From: a virus
Strand: one strand, 5' to 3'
Virus record (IMG/VR): IMGVR_UViG_3300021405_000002
DNA: 45,533 nt
Below, piece by piece: positions 1 through 8,286 of the stretch; position 1 is the first letter of the stretch, and each line of letters starts with the position of its first letter. A model generated the notes under the pieces. It was not told the DNA's origin, did not search any database, and saw nothing but the letters and a program-made list of their open reading frames with translations. A program made the translations under genes and the position numbers.

Positions 1-127
1 AGGAGAACGCGCGCGTCGCTCAGATGCGCGATATTTACATCCAAGGACTGACCAACCTCGATCAGGATCTCCAGGCGCTCGTGCCGCCTGAGCCAGATTG
101 GGACAAGGAATACGAAAAGGATCCGCT
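1..127. repeat. Terminal overlap, identical to 45407-45533 (circular-assembly signature)
   Basis: Direct comparison of the two window ends shows 127 identical bases. An open reading frame runs through the junction in frame. Confidence 0.95.
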
Positions 128-617
128 TAGGGCGAGGCGTTGGCAGAAAGAACTTCAGGCGTACAACGCCAAGCTCAATCAGATCCGCGCCAACCGCGCC
201 TGGGCGTTGCAGAATGCGCGCGAAGAGCACGATCGCGCGAGCGCTAAATACGCGATCGATCAGTTCACACAGTTCGTCCAAGATCATTCGAAACTGATCA
301 AGGATGAGCCATCACTGCAGCGAGTAATCGGCGGCATGCGCAAGACTGCGCTAGCCGAAGGTTTCACCGAGCCAGAGGTGGCGGGAGTCTACGACAAGAG
401 GATGCTCAACGTGCTCCTCAAGGCGTGGCTCTATGACCAGGGGATGACGGTAAGACCCCAAGCGGTCCTCCCCGGTAAAGGCAAGTCATTGGTACCCGGT
501 TCCGCTACGCCCCTTGGGAATGCTGGACGCCGGAACATCGATGAAGCCCAGCGGCAACTAGCCCGCACAGGAAAGATGGAAGACGCCGTAGGCTACTTCC
601 AGAGGCTTCTCAGATGA
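3..617 (+). CDS. Scaffolding protein, 3' part (5' part is 44809..45533; the gene wraps the junction)
   Basis: The frame is open from the window edge and matches the 44809 ORF once the overlap is removed. It lies between portal and major capsid. The protein is charged and helical. Confidence 0.6.
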   Translation, partial: ENARVAQMRDIYIQGLTNLDQDLQALVPPEPDWDKEYEKDPLRARRWQKELQAYNAKLNQIRANRAWALQNAREEHDRASAKYAIDQFTQFVQDHSKLIKDEPSLQRVIGGMRKTALAEGFTEPEVAGVYDKRMLNVLLKAWLYDQGMTVRPQAVLPGKGKSLVPGSATPLGNAGRRNIDEAQRQLARTGKMEDAVGYFQRLLR

Positions 618-635
618 TCCGGAGAATAAAACCCC

Positions 636-1658
636 ATGGCGAAAGTCACGAACGCCTTTACTACTTACCAAGCGGTAGGTAATAGAGAAGATCTCAGCAA
701 CGCTATCTACAATATCGATCCCTTCGATACTCCAGTTATGTCCGCTATACGCAGACGTAACGTGAAGAACCGGCTGTTTGACTGGCAAACCGAGTTCCTG
801 CCCACCGTGGCGCAGCCGGCTATCCCTGGCGCACCGGCGGCGGGCGCGCCTGGCGCTCCGAATGCACAGGTGGAAGGGTTTCAACTCGTCAATCAGCCGG
901 CACAACCGACGATTCGTCAAAACAATGTCACGCAAATTTCCGAACGCGACGCTACGGTTTCTGGCTCGCAGGAGGAAAGTGACGCCGCCGGCAAAGGCTC
1001 GGAAATGGCGCACCAAATGGCCATGACTTCGAAGGTTTTGAAGTCGGACATCGAGGTGGGTCTGTGCTCACGCCAGGCGCGCGTCGACGGCACCGACGCC
1101 GCCACGCCGGTCGCGCGCGTCAGCGAGGGCTTTGCGCACTGGCTCGGCCGCGCCACCGACAAGACCAACGCGCCGGCCGCTTCGATCGCGCCTGGCACCT
1201 CGGTGACGGGTCTGCCGACGACCGCTTACCTGCCGTTCGCCGTGCCGACAGCTGTCCAACTGACAGAAGACATGTTGGGCGACGCAATGCAGAAGGCATA
1301 CACGAATGGGGCGAGCCCGACACTTTGGGTAGTGCCGCCTGGGCCCAAGAGAACAGTCTCAACATTCGTCGGCCGTTCGACTACGCAAGTGCTTGTCGGC
1401 AAGACGGAAGTTGTCTCTACCGTTGACGTTATTGCGACGGACTTTGGTCGTGTGAAGTGCATCCCTTCACGTTGGGTTGCGCCAGACGTTGGACTATTGA
1501 TCGATCCAGACTACGCCGCGGTCGCTTTCTTCCGCAGCTTCCGGCAATACTTGATGGCTCGCATCGGTGACGCTGAGAGCCGCATGATCGTCGTGGAATG
1601 GGGCGTGGAGATGAGAAACAGTCTCGCTCATATCCTATTTAACGGCATAACCCAGTAA
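636..1658 (+). CDS. Major capsid protein (HK97-fold, SU10/DUF5309-like N-terminal motif)
   Basis: 340 aa immediately after the scaffold gene, with GGAGAA upstream. The N-terminus 'GNREDLSNAIYNIDPFDTP' matches a capsid-family motif I recall. Confidence 0.8.
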   Translation: MAKVTNAFTTYQAVGNREDLSNAIYNIDPFDTPVMSAIRRRNVKNRLFDWQTEFLPTVAQPAIPGAPAAGAPGAPNAQVEGFQLVNQPAQPTIRQNNVTQISERDATVSGSQEESDAAGKGSEMAHQMAMTSKVLKSDIEVGLCSRQARVDGTDAATPVARVSEGFAHWLGRATDKTNAPAASIAPGTSVTGLPTTAYLPFAVPTAVQLTEDMLGDAMQKAYTNGASPTLWVVPPGPKRTVSTFVGRSTTQVLVGKTEVVSTVDVIATDFGRVKCIPSRWVAPDVGLLIDPDYAAVAFFRSFRQYLMARIGDAESRMIVVEWGVEMRNSLAHILFNGITQ

Positions 1659-1663
1659 AGACG

Positions 1664-1960
1664 ATGGAAACGAGGCGGCTCTACATGGTCCGCGACGGGA
1701 TCGTCCGTGAGACGATCTACGACGCCAGTGAGGGCCGCCTCGTTGTCAACGCGACGCAATATCTCGACGAGATCCTCGCCGGCGTGGCGCGCGATCGCGA
1801 GACCATGCGCAAGACCGAGAACAAGAAGATCGCGACGCTGCCGGCGATCGTCGTCGAGGATCTGATCAAGCGCGAAATCTACGACGATCCGGAGCGGTTC
1901 GACCGCTGGCTCAACTCGAGCGAGGCGACGCCGTGGCGCGTCTGGCAGGGGAGAGTCTGA
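1664..1960 (+). CDS. Hypothetical protein
   Basis: 98-aa ORF with high third-position GC, tightly packed after the capsid gene. Confidence 0.6.
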   Translation: METRRLYMVRDGIVRETIYDASEGRLVVNATQYLDEILAGVARDRETMRKTENKKIATLPAIVVEDLIKREIYDDPERFDRWLNSSEATPWRVWQGRV

Positions 1961-2577
1961 TGGCGAAAGCGCCTGAGAAACCACCTGAGAAACAGACCAC
2001 GCTGACCGATGCGGACTTTGAGCGCGCCGCGAAGGAGCTCAACGTTGAGGTGGCGGCGATCCGCGCCGTTGCCGAAGTCGAGGCCGCGGGTGCCGGTTTC
2101 CTCCCAGACGGGCGGCCCGCGGCCTTGTACGAAGCGCATATCTTCCACAAGCACAGTAAAGGCGCGCACGCCGCGGCGAAGGATCGCAATGGCGTCGCGT
2201 TGTCTTCGTCGGGATGGAACGCGAAGCTCTACGGCGCTACTGGGACTAATCAACATAACCGCTACGAAGATGCACGTCGGTTGAACGCCGACGCCGCCAA
2301 CAAGGCGTGCTCCTGGGGCACCTTTCAGATCCTCGGTGAGAACCACGCCGTCTGCGGCTTCGACAATTCGCAGGATTTCGTTGACGCCATGTGGTCCGGA
2401 GCGCCGGCGCATCTCGACGCCTTCGTGAAGTTCATCAAGGGCAACCGGCTCGACGCGCCGCTGCGCAACAAGAACTGGGCCCAGTTCGCGCGCGGCTACA
2501 ACGGTCCCGGCTACGCTCAGAACCAGTACGACCGAAAGATGGACGCAGCTTATCGGAAGTGGAAGGCGAGGGGATGA
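1960..2577 (+). CDS. Endolysin, N-acetylmuramidase family (PF11860-like)
   Basis: Motifs LTDADFERAAKELNVEVAAIRAVAEVEA, WGTFQILGENH and FARGYNGPGYAQNQYD. The ATG at 1960 overlaps the upstream stop (TGATG) and has GGGGAGAG upstream. Confidence 0.85.
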   Translation: MAKAPEKPPEKQTTLTDADFERAAKELNVEVAAIRAVAEVEAAGAGFLPDGRPAALYEAHIFHKHSKGAHAAAKDRNGVALSSSGWNAKLYGATGTNQHNRYEDARRLNADAANKACSWGTFQILGENHAVCGFDNSQDFVDAMWSGAPAHLDAFVKFIKGNRLDAPLRNKNWAQFARGYNGPGYAQNQYDRKMDAAYRKWKARG

Positions 2578-2892
2578 GTGGCCGACAACAATCTGGTCAT
2601 TCCGCCGCCAACGCCGAAGCTGTTGGACTATCCGGCGTCGATGGGGCTGAGCATCGCGGTCGTTCTGACCATCGTTCTGGTCATCGTGGCCAATCGGTTC
2701 GACAAGACCGGCGGCACGCTCACCGTTTCGATTTTGGTGATCTTGGCCTTCATCAGCCTGGTCACGTTCTGCGTCTATTTCACCGTTCCAACCGACGAAA
2801 TCACCTCGGGCGCGATCGGCGGCCTGGTCGCCGCTTTCGGCGCGGTCGTCGCCTACTGGCTCAGCCGAACTCCGAGAGGACCGCCTGAATGA
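2578..2892 (+). CDS. Putative holin (three hydrophobic helices)
   Basis: GTG start directly after the endolysin stop. 104 aa with three predicted TM segments. Confidence 0.6.
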   Translation: MADNNLVIPPPTPKLLDYPASMGLSIAVVLTIVLVIVANRFDKTGGTLTVSILVILAFISLVTFCVYFTVPTDEITSGAIGGLVAAFGAVVAYWLSRTPRGPPE

Positions 2893-3071
2893 GCCCGCTT
2901 GGTCTGATCCTCGTCGTCATTCTCGTCATCATCTTGCTGGGCGGAATCGGGCCGCATTTCTACACCGGTGCGCCTTGGCGGCCAGGCTACGGTTTTGGCA
3001 ACGGCGGCATCGGCATCGTCGGGGTCGTGCTCATTATCGTCCTCGTGCTCTGGCTGATGGATCGGCTATGA
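2889..3071 (+). CDS. Small two-TM membrane protein, DUF3309-like (possible holin partner)
   Basis: 60 aa: LILVVILVIILLGG...GYGFGNGGIGIVGVVLIIVLVLWL. ATGA overlaps at both ends. Confidence 0.6.
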   Translation: MSPLGLILVVILVIILLGGIGPHFYTGAPWRPGYGFGNGGIGIVGVVLIIVLVLWLMDRL

Positions 3072-3694
3072 CCGACTTTTCCGATTTCACAACCCAGATC
3101 GCGGAATGGGCGAATCGGCAAGACTGGTCACCGACGCTCGTGACTTCGTTCGTTCGCATGGCCGAGCAAAAGATAAACCAGGAGCTCCGTCACAATCGGA
3201 TGATCAAGAGCGCGATCGTCACCTCGACTGAGCGCTGCGCGACGATTCCCGACGATTGGCTCGAGTTCGATCTGGTCGAGATGGCGAGCGATCAGGTGCC
3301 AGGCGGCTGGAAACCGATTCGTTACAAGAGCCGCGACGAATTTATGAAGCTGCCCGACAAATGGGCGCTCAATCACTACACGATCGAGGGGCGGACGATC
3401 TTCTTTGGCGGCACGCCTGACGACGTCGAGGGCATTCAGTTTCAGATTTTTTATTTTGGCGAGGTGCCGGTCTTCTCCGACACGGTCGATTCCTGGGTCT
3501 ACACCAAGTATCCGAGCCTCTACCTCTCCGCCGCAATGATGCACGCCTACTTGCACGCGATCGGTGAAGAGGCGCAAGCGGCGAACGCGAAGCAATTCAC
3601 AGAAGACATGATCCAAAAGCTCAACGTCGAGCACAACCTCTCGAAGGCGAGCGGCTCGAGGCTCACGCGATCGCGGGTGAGGAGCTTTGGATGA
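3068..3694 (+). CDS. Putative head-to-tail adaptor (assigned by position, P22 gp4-like slot)
   Basis: The ATG at 3068 overlaps the upstream stop. 208 aa, the first non-lysis gene after the capsid and before the fibres. Assigned by synteny only. Confidence 0.4.
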   Translation: MTDFSDFTTQIAEWANRQDWSPTLVTSFVRMAEQKINQELRHNRMIKSAIVTSTERCATIPDDWLEFDLVEMASDQVPGGWKPIRYKSRDEFMKLPDKWALNHYTIEGRTIFFGGTPDDVEGIQFQIFYFGEVPVFSDTVDSWVYTKYPSLYLSAAMMHAYLHAIGEEAQAANAKQFTEDMIQKLNVEHNLSKASGSRLTRSRVRSFG

Positions 3695-5988
3695 ACCAGT
3701 GGGTCGATCCCAACGGCGACACGGTTCCTAACGACTGGGCCCCTGGTCTGCCGCCCAATGGCGAATGGCAGGACGGCTGTGGCTGCGAGCCGCCTGGCGG
3801 CGCGGCCAGCGTCAGCGGGATCACCATCACCGGCGTGCCGGCGACAGTAAGCTCATTGTACTGGCAGGTTTCGCTCAACGACGGCTCGAGTCCGCCGAAT
3901 TTTCAGATCAATCAACTCGACGGCAAGGGCGCTTTTGTCTCGACCGCGGCTGAGATCACGCCCTCGATGATTTATTTCGACTATCCGGTTCTGCTGAGCC
4001 GCGATCCAGTCGAGCCGATGGAGGCGGTGACTCTTGAATATCTCGAGGCGCACGAGACCGGTATTCCGGAGCCGCCTGACAACCAGACTTATGGGCGCGC
4101 TTTAGGGGCTTGGAACCTCGTGGTTCCGCAGTCGGGCGGCACTTACACCGGAGCGGTCTCGCTGGGCGCAGGCGGCGCAGTGACGTCGGGCGCGCTGCAG
4201 TTCTTTGGCTCGGCGGCGGCTTATTTCCCCGCGCTGGCGCAGTTGCAGATTGGCGATGGTCCCGCGGGTCAGGTGCCGACAGCGGACGGCAGCGGCAATC
4301 TGACTTGGACGACTCCGGTTACTGGCGGGCCTTACCTGCCCATTGCGGGCGGCACGGTCACCGGCAGCTTGACAGTCAATCAGGTTTTGACCGTTCAGGG
4401 CAGCAATTCGATGGTGCTGAACGCCCCAGTCACCGGCGGCAGTCAGCGCACCATTCTCGGCATGGCCGCTAACGTCGCTCGCTGGGGGTTGACGCTCGGC
4501 GACGGGACCGCTGAAGGCGCGAACAACGTTGGGGCGAATTTTAGCCTTGCGGGTTACGGCGTCACCGGCGCGTTTCTCGGCACTTGGCTTTCCATTGCGC
4601 GTGCGGACGGTTCGACGGTCTTTAACGGCTCGGGCGTCACCATTCAGGGCGGCTTGGCGGTTAACGGGCTTCTCGCGCTCGCTAGCCCGAACAATCTCGC
4701 GATCTATGGCGGGACGCCTGGTCAATTCTTGTCGACGAATGGCTCAGGCGTGCTCTCCTGGGCCAGCGCGGCTGGCGGCGGAGCGTCGATCACGGTTAGC
4801 GACACACCCCCTTCAGCGCCCTCCGTAGGGGCTCTGTGGTGGGACAGCGTCGGCGGGCAATTGTACGTCTATTATTCGGACGCCAACAGTTCACAGTGGG
4901 TTCCGGCCAGCAACGCTGCGAGCCTTCCGCCGCCCGCTTCGACGACGGTATTGGGCTCGGTCAAGGTTGACGGGACGTCGATCAAGGCGGCGGCGGACGG
5001 CACGATTTCGACCGTGCTGATCCCGATGGGCGACAACAGGCTCATCAACGGCGACATGCGGATCGACCAAAGGTGGAACGGCGCGGCCGAGGCGGGGGTC
5101 AATACCTATACCGTTGACCGCTGGTTTTATGGTGCAACTCAGGGGGCCAAGGGAACGTGGGGCCGTTCTAGCGCCAGTGGACTTAACCCATTTCCTTATT
5201 GTCTTTGCTTCACGTCATCGTCTGCGTATGCGGTCGTGGCTGGAGACAGTTTCAATTTTCAACAACGAATTGAAGCGGATCTTGTCAGCGACTTTGCATT
5301 CGGAACGCTGCAAGCGCAAGCAGTGACGCTGTCCTTTTGGGCGTATTCCAGTTTAACTGGTACATTCAGTGGAGCATTGGGCAATAATCCGGCCGGATCA
5401 ACCCGCTCATATCCTTTCACTTTCTCACTTCCAACAGCCAATACATGGACGAGGATTATTATTACTGTCCCTGGCGATACTAGCGGCGCTTGGACAATGT
5501 TGGGCAGTGGAGCAGGGTTTTTATTAACCTTTGATCTCGGCACGGGCGCGACTTATCGCGGTCCCGCCAACGCATGGGCAAGCGCGAATTACATCGGCGC
5601 GAATGGCGCGGTCAGCGTCGTCTCGACCAACGGCGCGACCTTCTACGTGACCGGCGTCAAGCTAGAGATCGGCTCGGTAGCAACGCCGTTCAATCGGCAG
5701 TCGCTCGCTAAGAGTATGGCGGATTGTCAGAGGTATTTCGCCAACTCTCAGGCAGTTCAGCTCAGTGCCTATGTCACGGCTGGGTTGACTTTTGGTCAAA
5801 GCGTAACCTTTCCAGTGACAATGCGAGTTGCTCCAACAATTACGCTTGTGGGGCCGACCTACTCCAATGCGAGTGGCGCGGCGGTTACAACAAATAGCCT
5901 TGGCGCTGTCACTGTCTATGCGACTGGAGCAGCTGCGGGGCTCGGATCGTTTACAATTTCTTCTTTGCAGTTGAGCGCGGAGCTTTGA
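3691..5988 (+). CDS. Tail fibre 1 (765 aa)
   Basis: Gly/Ser/Thr/Ala-rich fibre repeats. The C-terminal ~320 aa are paralogous to ORF 6016..7221 (GDNRLINGDMRIDQR...VKLEIGSVATPFNRQSLAKS.ADCQRY...LQLSAEL). Confidence 0.8.
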   Translation: MNQWVDPNGDTVPNDWAPGLPPNGEWQDGCGCEPPGGAASVSGITITGVPATVSSLYWQVSLNDGSSPPNFQINQLDGKGAFVSTAAEITPSMIYFDYPVLLSRDPVEPMEAVTLEYLEAHETGIPEPPDNQTYGRALGAWNLVVPQSGGTYTGAVSLGAGGAVTSGALQFFGSAAAYFPALAQLQIGDGPAGQVPTADGSGNLTWTTPVTGGPYLPIAGGTVTGSLTVNQVLTVQGSNSMVLNAPVTGGSQRTILGMAANVARWGLTLGDGTAEGANNVGANFSLAGYGVTGAFLGTWLSIARADGSTVFNGSGVTIQGGLAVNGLLALASPNNLAIYGGTPGQFLSTNGSGVLSWASAAGGGASITVSDTPPSAPSVGALWWDSVGGQLYVYYSDANSSQWVPASNAASLPPPASTTVLGSVKVDGTSIKAAADGTISTVLIPMGDNRLINGDMRIDQRWNGAAEAGVNTYTVDRWFYGATQGAKGTWGRSSASGLNPFPYCLCFTSSSAYAVVAGDSFNFQQRIEADLVSDFAFGTLQAQAVTLSFWAYSSLTGTFSGALGNNPAGSTRSYPFTFSLPTANTWTRIIITVPGDTSGAWTMLGSGAGFLLTFDLGTGATYRGPANAWASANYIGANGAVSVVSTNGATFYVTGVKLEIGSVATPFNRQSLAKSMADCQRYFANSQAVQLSAYVTAGLTFGQSVTFPVTMRVAPTITLVGPTYSNASGAAVTTNSLGAVTVYATGAAAGLGSFTISSLQLSAEL

Positions 5989-5990
5989 TC

Positions 5991-6011
5991 ATGACCTATA
6001 CGCAAGTCTGA
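5991..6011 (+). pseudogene. Seven-codon remnant (MTYTQV*) of the 5' end of the gene at 7224
   Basis: Part of a 46-nt block (5965-6010) that matches 7198-7243 with 2 mismatches. One further substitution at the next base (6011 A vs 7244 G) turns the TGG (Trp) codon of the full-length copy into a TGA stop. Confidence 0.55.
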
Positions 6012-6015
6012 ACGC

Positions 6016-7221
6016 ATGATCGACTTCCCCGCCAGCCCCACAATCGGCCAGCAGTTCACCGCTGCGGGCGTGACTTGGGTTTGGGATGGGGTGAAGTGGG
6101 CCGCGAGCGGCTTGAGCGTCGCCTTCCTGCCGTTGGCGGGCGGCAACATGAGCGGCCCTATCGTCCTCGCCGCCGATCCGACCGCCAATTTACAGGCCGC
6201 GACCAAGCAATATGTCGACGGCGTGCGCTATGGCGACAACAGGCTCATCAACGGCGACATGCGGATCGACCAGCGGAACGGCGGCGCGCAGGGAACGTTG
6301 GCTGGCTATACGGTTGATCGGTGGGTTTATGGAGCAACGCAGTCAGGAAAAGTTCAGTGGGGACAAGCAGGCGGGCCAACCGGCTTTGGTTACTGCCTCA
6401 ACGTCACATCGTCATCGGCATATACACCTTTGGCTACTGATTTGTTTTATCTCTATCAATCTATTGAAGCCGACATGGTCAGCGATTTCGCTTGGGGGAG
6501 CGCTAGCGCCCAGCCAGTGACGCTGTCGTTTTGGGCCTATTCCAGCAAAACGGGATCGTTCAGCGGTGCTATTACTAATTATGCTGGGACACGCTCCTAT
6601 CCGTTTTCTTACTCTTTACCTACAGCCAGCACCTGGACCAAGCTAACTGTCACTATTCCTGGCGACATCGCCGGAACATGGGTGATGAAAGGCAATGCTG
6701 GGTCGGTGATTGTTTATTTTGACGTTGGATGCGGTACGGCTGGCCGCGCAGCAGCGGGCGCGTGGCTTGCGGGTAATTTCAATGGCGTTACGGGCGCGCA
6801 AAGCATCATCAATACTAACGGAGCGAGTTATGGTTTAACCGGCGTCAAGCTGGAGATCGGCTCAGTAGCAACGCCGTTCAATCGGCAGTCTCTGGCGAAG
6901 TCTTTGGCGGATTGCCAAAGGTATTATTATCAGGGCGTGCCGCCACTAAAAGGCCTCGTTTCTGGAACCTTACCCTCAACGGTATTAAGTCGCTTAAGTT
7001 GTCGTCACCCAGTAACTATGCGAGCAGCGCCGACCATTACGATGCCGTTTGCTATCGCTGCTTATGATGGTGTGAACCCTTATGGGCTAACTACTATTGG
7101 CGCAAACGAAAGTTCAGTCGATGTGCTCGAGTTTGAGGCAACAGCATCAGCCCCATTTAGCAATCGTGCGGTCACTGTCTATCAAGGTACTGGCCTATTG
7201 CAATTGAGCGCGGAGCTTTGA
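6016..7221 (+). CDS. Tail fibre 2 (401 aa), paralogue of the fibre 1 C-terminal region
   Basis: N-terminus FPASPTIGQQFTAAGVTWVWDGVKW and AATKQYVD fibre motifs. Shares conserved blocks with fibre 1 (6232-6272 vs 5029-5069; 6841-6923 vs 5653-5735). Confidence 0.8.
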   Translation: MIDFPASPTIGQQFTAAGVTWVWDGVKWAASGLSVAFLPLAGGNMSGPIVLAADPTANLQAATKQYVDGVRYGDNRLINGDMRIDQRNGGAQGTLAGYTVDRWVYGATQSGKVQWGQAGGPTGFGYCLNVTSSSAYTPLATDLFYLYQSIEADMVSDFAWGSASAQPVTLSFWAYSSKTGSFSGAITNYAGTRSYPFSYSLPTASTWTKLTVTIPGDIAGTWVMKGNAGSVIVYFDVGCGTAGRAAAGAWLAGNFNGVTGAQSIINTNGASYGLTGVKLEIGSVATPFNRQSLAKSLADCQRYYYQGVPPLKGLVSGTLPSTVLSRLSCRHPVTMRAAPTITMPFAIAAYDGVNPYGLTTIGANESSVDVLEFEATASAPFSNRAVTVYQGTGLLQLSAEL

Positions 7222-7223
7222 CC

Positions 7224-7502
7224 ATGACCTATACGCAAGTCTGGGACCATATGCGGGGCCAAGTCAGTGACAGATCGATCCAGCGCGATGAAGATGGCGC
7301 GTTCATCCCGTTCGATCCCGACAACGTCGATTATCAGGATTATCTGGCGTGGCTCGACGAGGGCAACGCGCCGAAAGAACCGCCTGCGATCCCGACGCCG
7401 CCGATGGAAGAGCCGCTGCCGCCCGACATCCACGACGTCAACGCTCAGGTGCAGGACATCGACGCGCGGCTGATGGATCTCGAAACAAGCCTGGGGAGAT
7501 AG
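7224..7502 (+). CDS. Hypothetical protein (possible fibre assembly factor, by position)
   Basis: The ATG at 7224 follows the fibre 2 stop. 92 aa, acidic. Confidence 0.5.
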   Translation: MTYTQVWDHMRGQVSDRSIQRDEDGAFIPFDPDNVDYQDYLAWLDEGNAPKEPPAIPTPPMEEPLPPDIHDVNAQVQDIDARLMDLETSLGR

Positions 7503-7506
7503 GCGC

Positions 7507-8286
7507 GTGGTTGAAACGACGACCAAGAACTACGGCTGGGTCAAGCCGCAAATCCAGGGCTCGCCAACGACCTGGGGCGGCTTTCTCAACGACGATATGG
7601 ACGACATCGACGCCCTCGTCTTCGCCAACCAGCAGGGTATCAATCCGATCGGCTCGGGCGCGCTTTGGTTTACCAATACGCCGCCGGCGAATTGGCTGAT
7701 CTGCGACGGTTCGTCGCTCTCCACCACGACTTACGCGGCTTTGTTCGCGGAGATCGGCTACACTTTTGGCGGGTCAGGTCCGAATTTCAATCTACCCCCT
7801 CTCGCCAATTTCTTTCCATTCGGCGCGGGCGCGACCGCCGCGCTGGGCGCAGTCGGAGGCGAGGCGAATCACGTTCTCAGCGTCAACGAAATGCCGGTCC
7901 ATGCGCATAGCGTCTATGATCCGGAGCACGGGCATAGCGCGTTTCAGAACGCCCATGCTCACGCCATCGCGACCGGAGGGCATTCGCACGGCGTCCATAC
8001 CGGAGCTCACGCGCATAGCGGGGTTGTTGTCGGTCTGACCACGCCGGGGGCGATCGCCGGCGGCGCGGGCGGCAACGTTCTCATGGGCAATACGAGCACG
8101 GTTGGCGATCTTGGCGGCAGTACCGATGCGGCCGGGAATCTTGGCGGCAACACCGACACGCAAGCGCCAGGCGTCGGAGTCAACGCCGCCGCGACCGGCA
8201 TCTCCCTCTACAACGCCGGCGGCGGCGCGGCGCACAACAATATGCCGCCCTTTGTCGGAATTAACTTCATCATTCGGTATCAATGA
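7507..8286 (+). CDS. Tail-collar-domain fibre protein (PF07484-like)
   Basis: PANWLICDGSSLSTTTYAALFAEIGYTFGGSGPNFNLPPL collar motif, followed by a His-rich repeat (HAHS..HGHS..HAHA..HSHG..HAHS). Confidence 0.8.
   Translation: MVETTTKNYGWVKPQIQGSPTTWGGFLNDDMDDIDALVFANQQGINPIGSGALWFTNTPPANWLICDGSSLSTTTYAALFAEIGYTFGGSGPNFNLPPLANFFPFGAGATAALGAVGGEANHVLSVNEMPVHAHSVYDPEHGHSAFQNAHAHAIATGGHSHGVHTGAHAHSGVVVGLTTPGAIAGGAGGNVLMGNTSTVGDLGGSTDAAGNLGGNTDTQAPGVGVNAAATGISLYNAGGGAAHNNMPPFVGINFIIRYQ

Noticed and set aside
1-127. Terminal repeat interpreted as att sites, LTRs or biological DTRs
   Set aside because: The exact 127-bp identity has a gene reading straight through it, which fits an assembly overlap of a circular contig better. 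The sequence itself gives no independent evidence for physical ends.
2975-3067. Upstream extension of the adaptor ORF (track start 2975)
   Set aside because: The extension is Arg-rich and overlaps the small membrane-protein gene in another frame. The ATG at 3068 overlaps that gene's stop (ATGA) and begins a sensible sequence (MTDFSDF...).
3691-7221. Diversity-generating retroelement (template/variable repeat) explanation for the repeated fibre segments
   Set aside because: No reverse transcriptase is present anywhere in the genome. The differences between copies include all substitution types and indels rather than adenine-specific changes.
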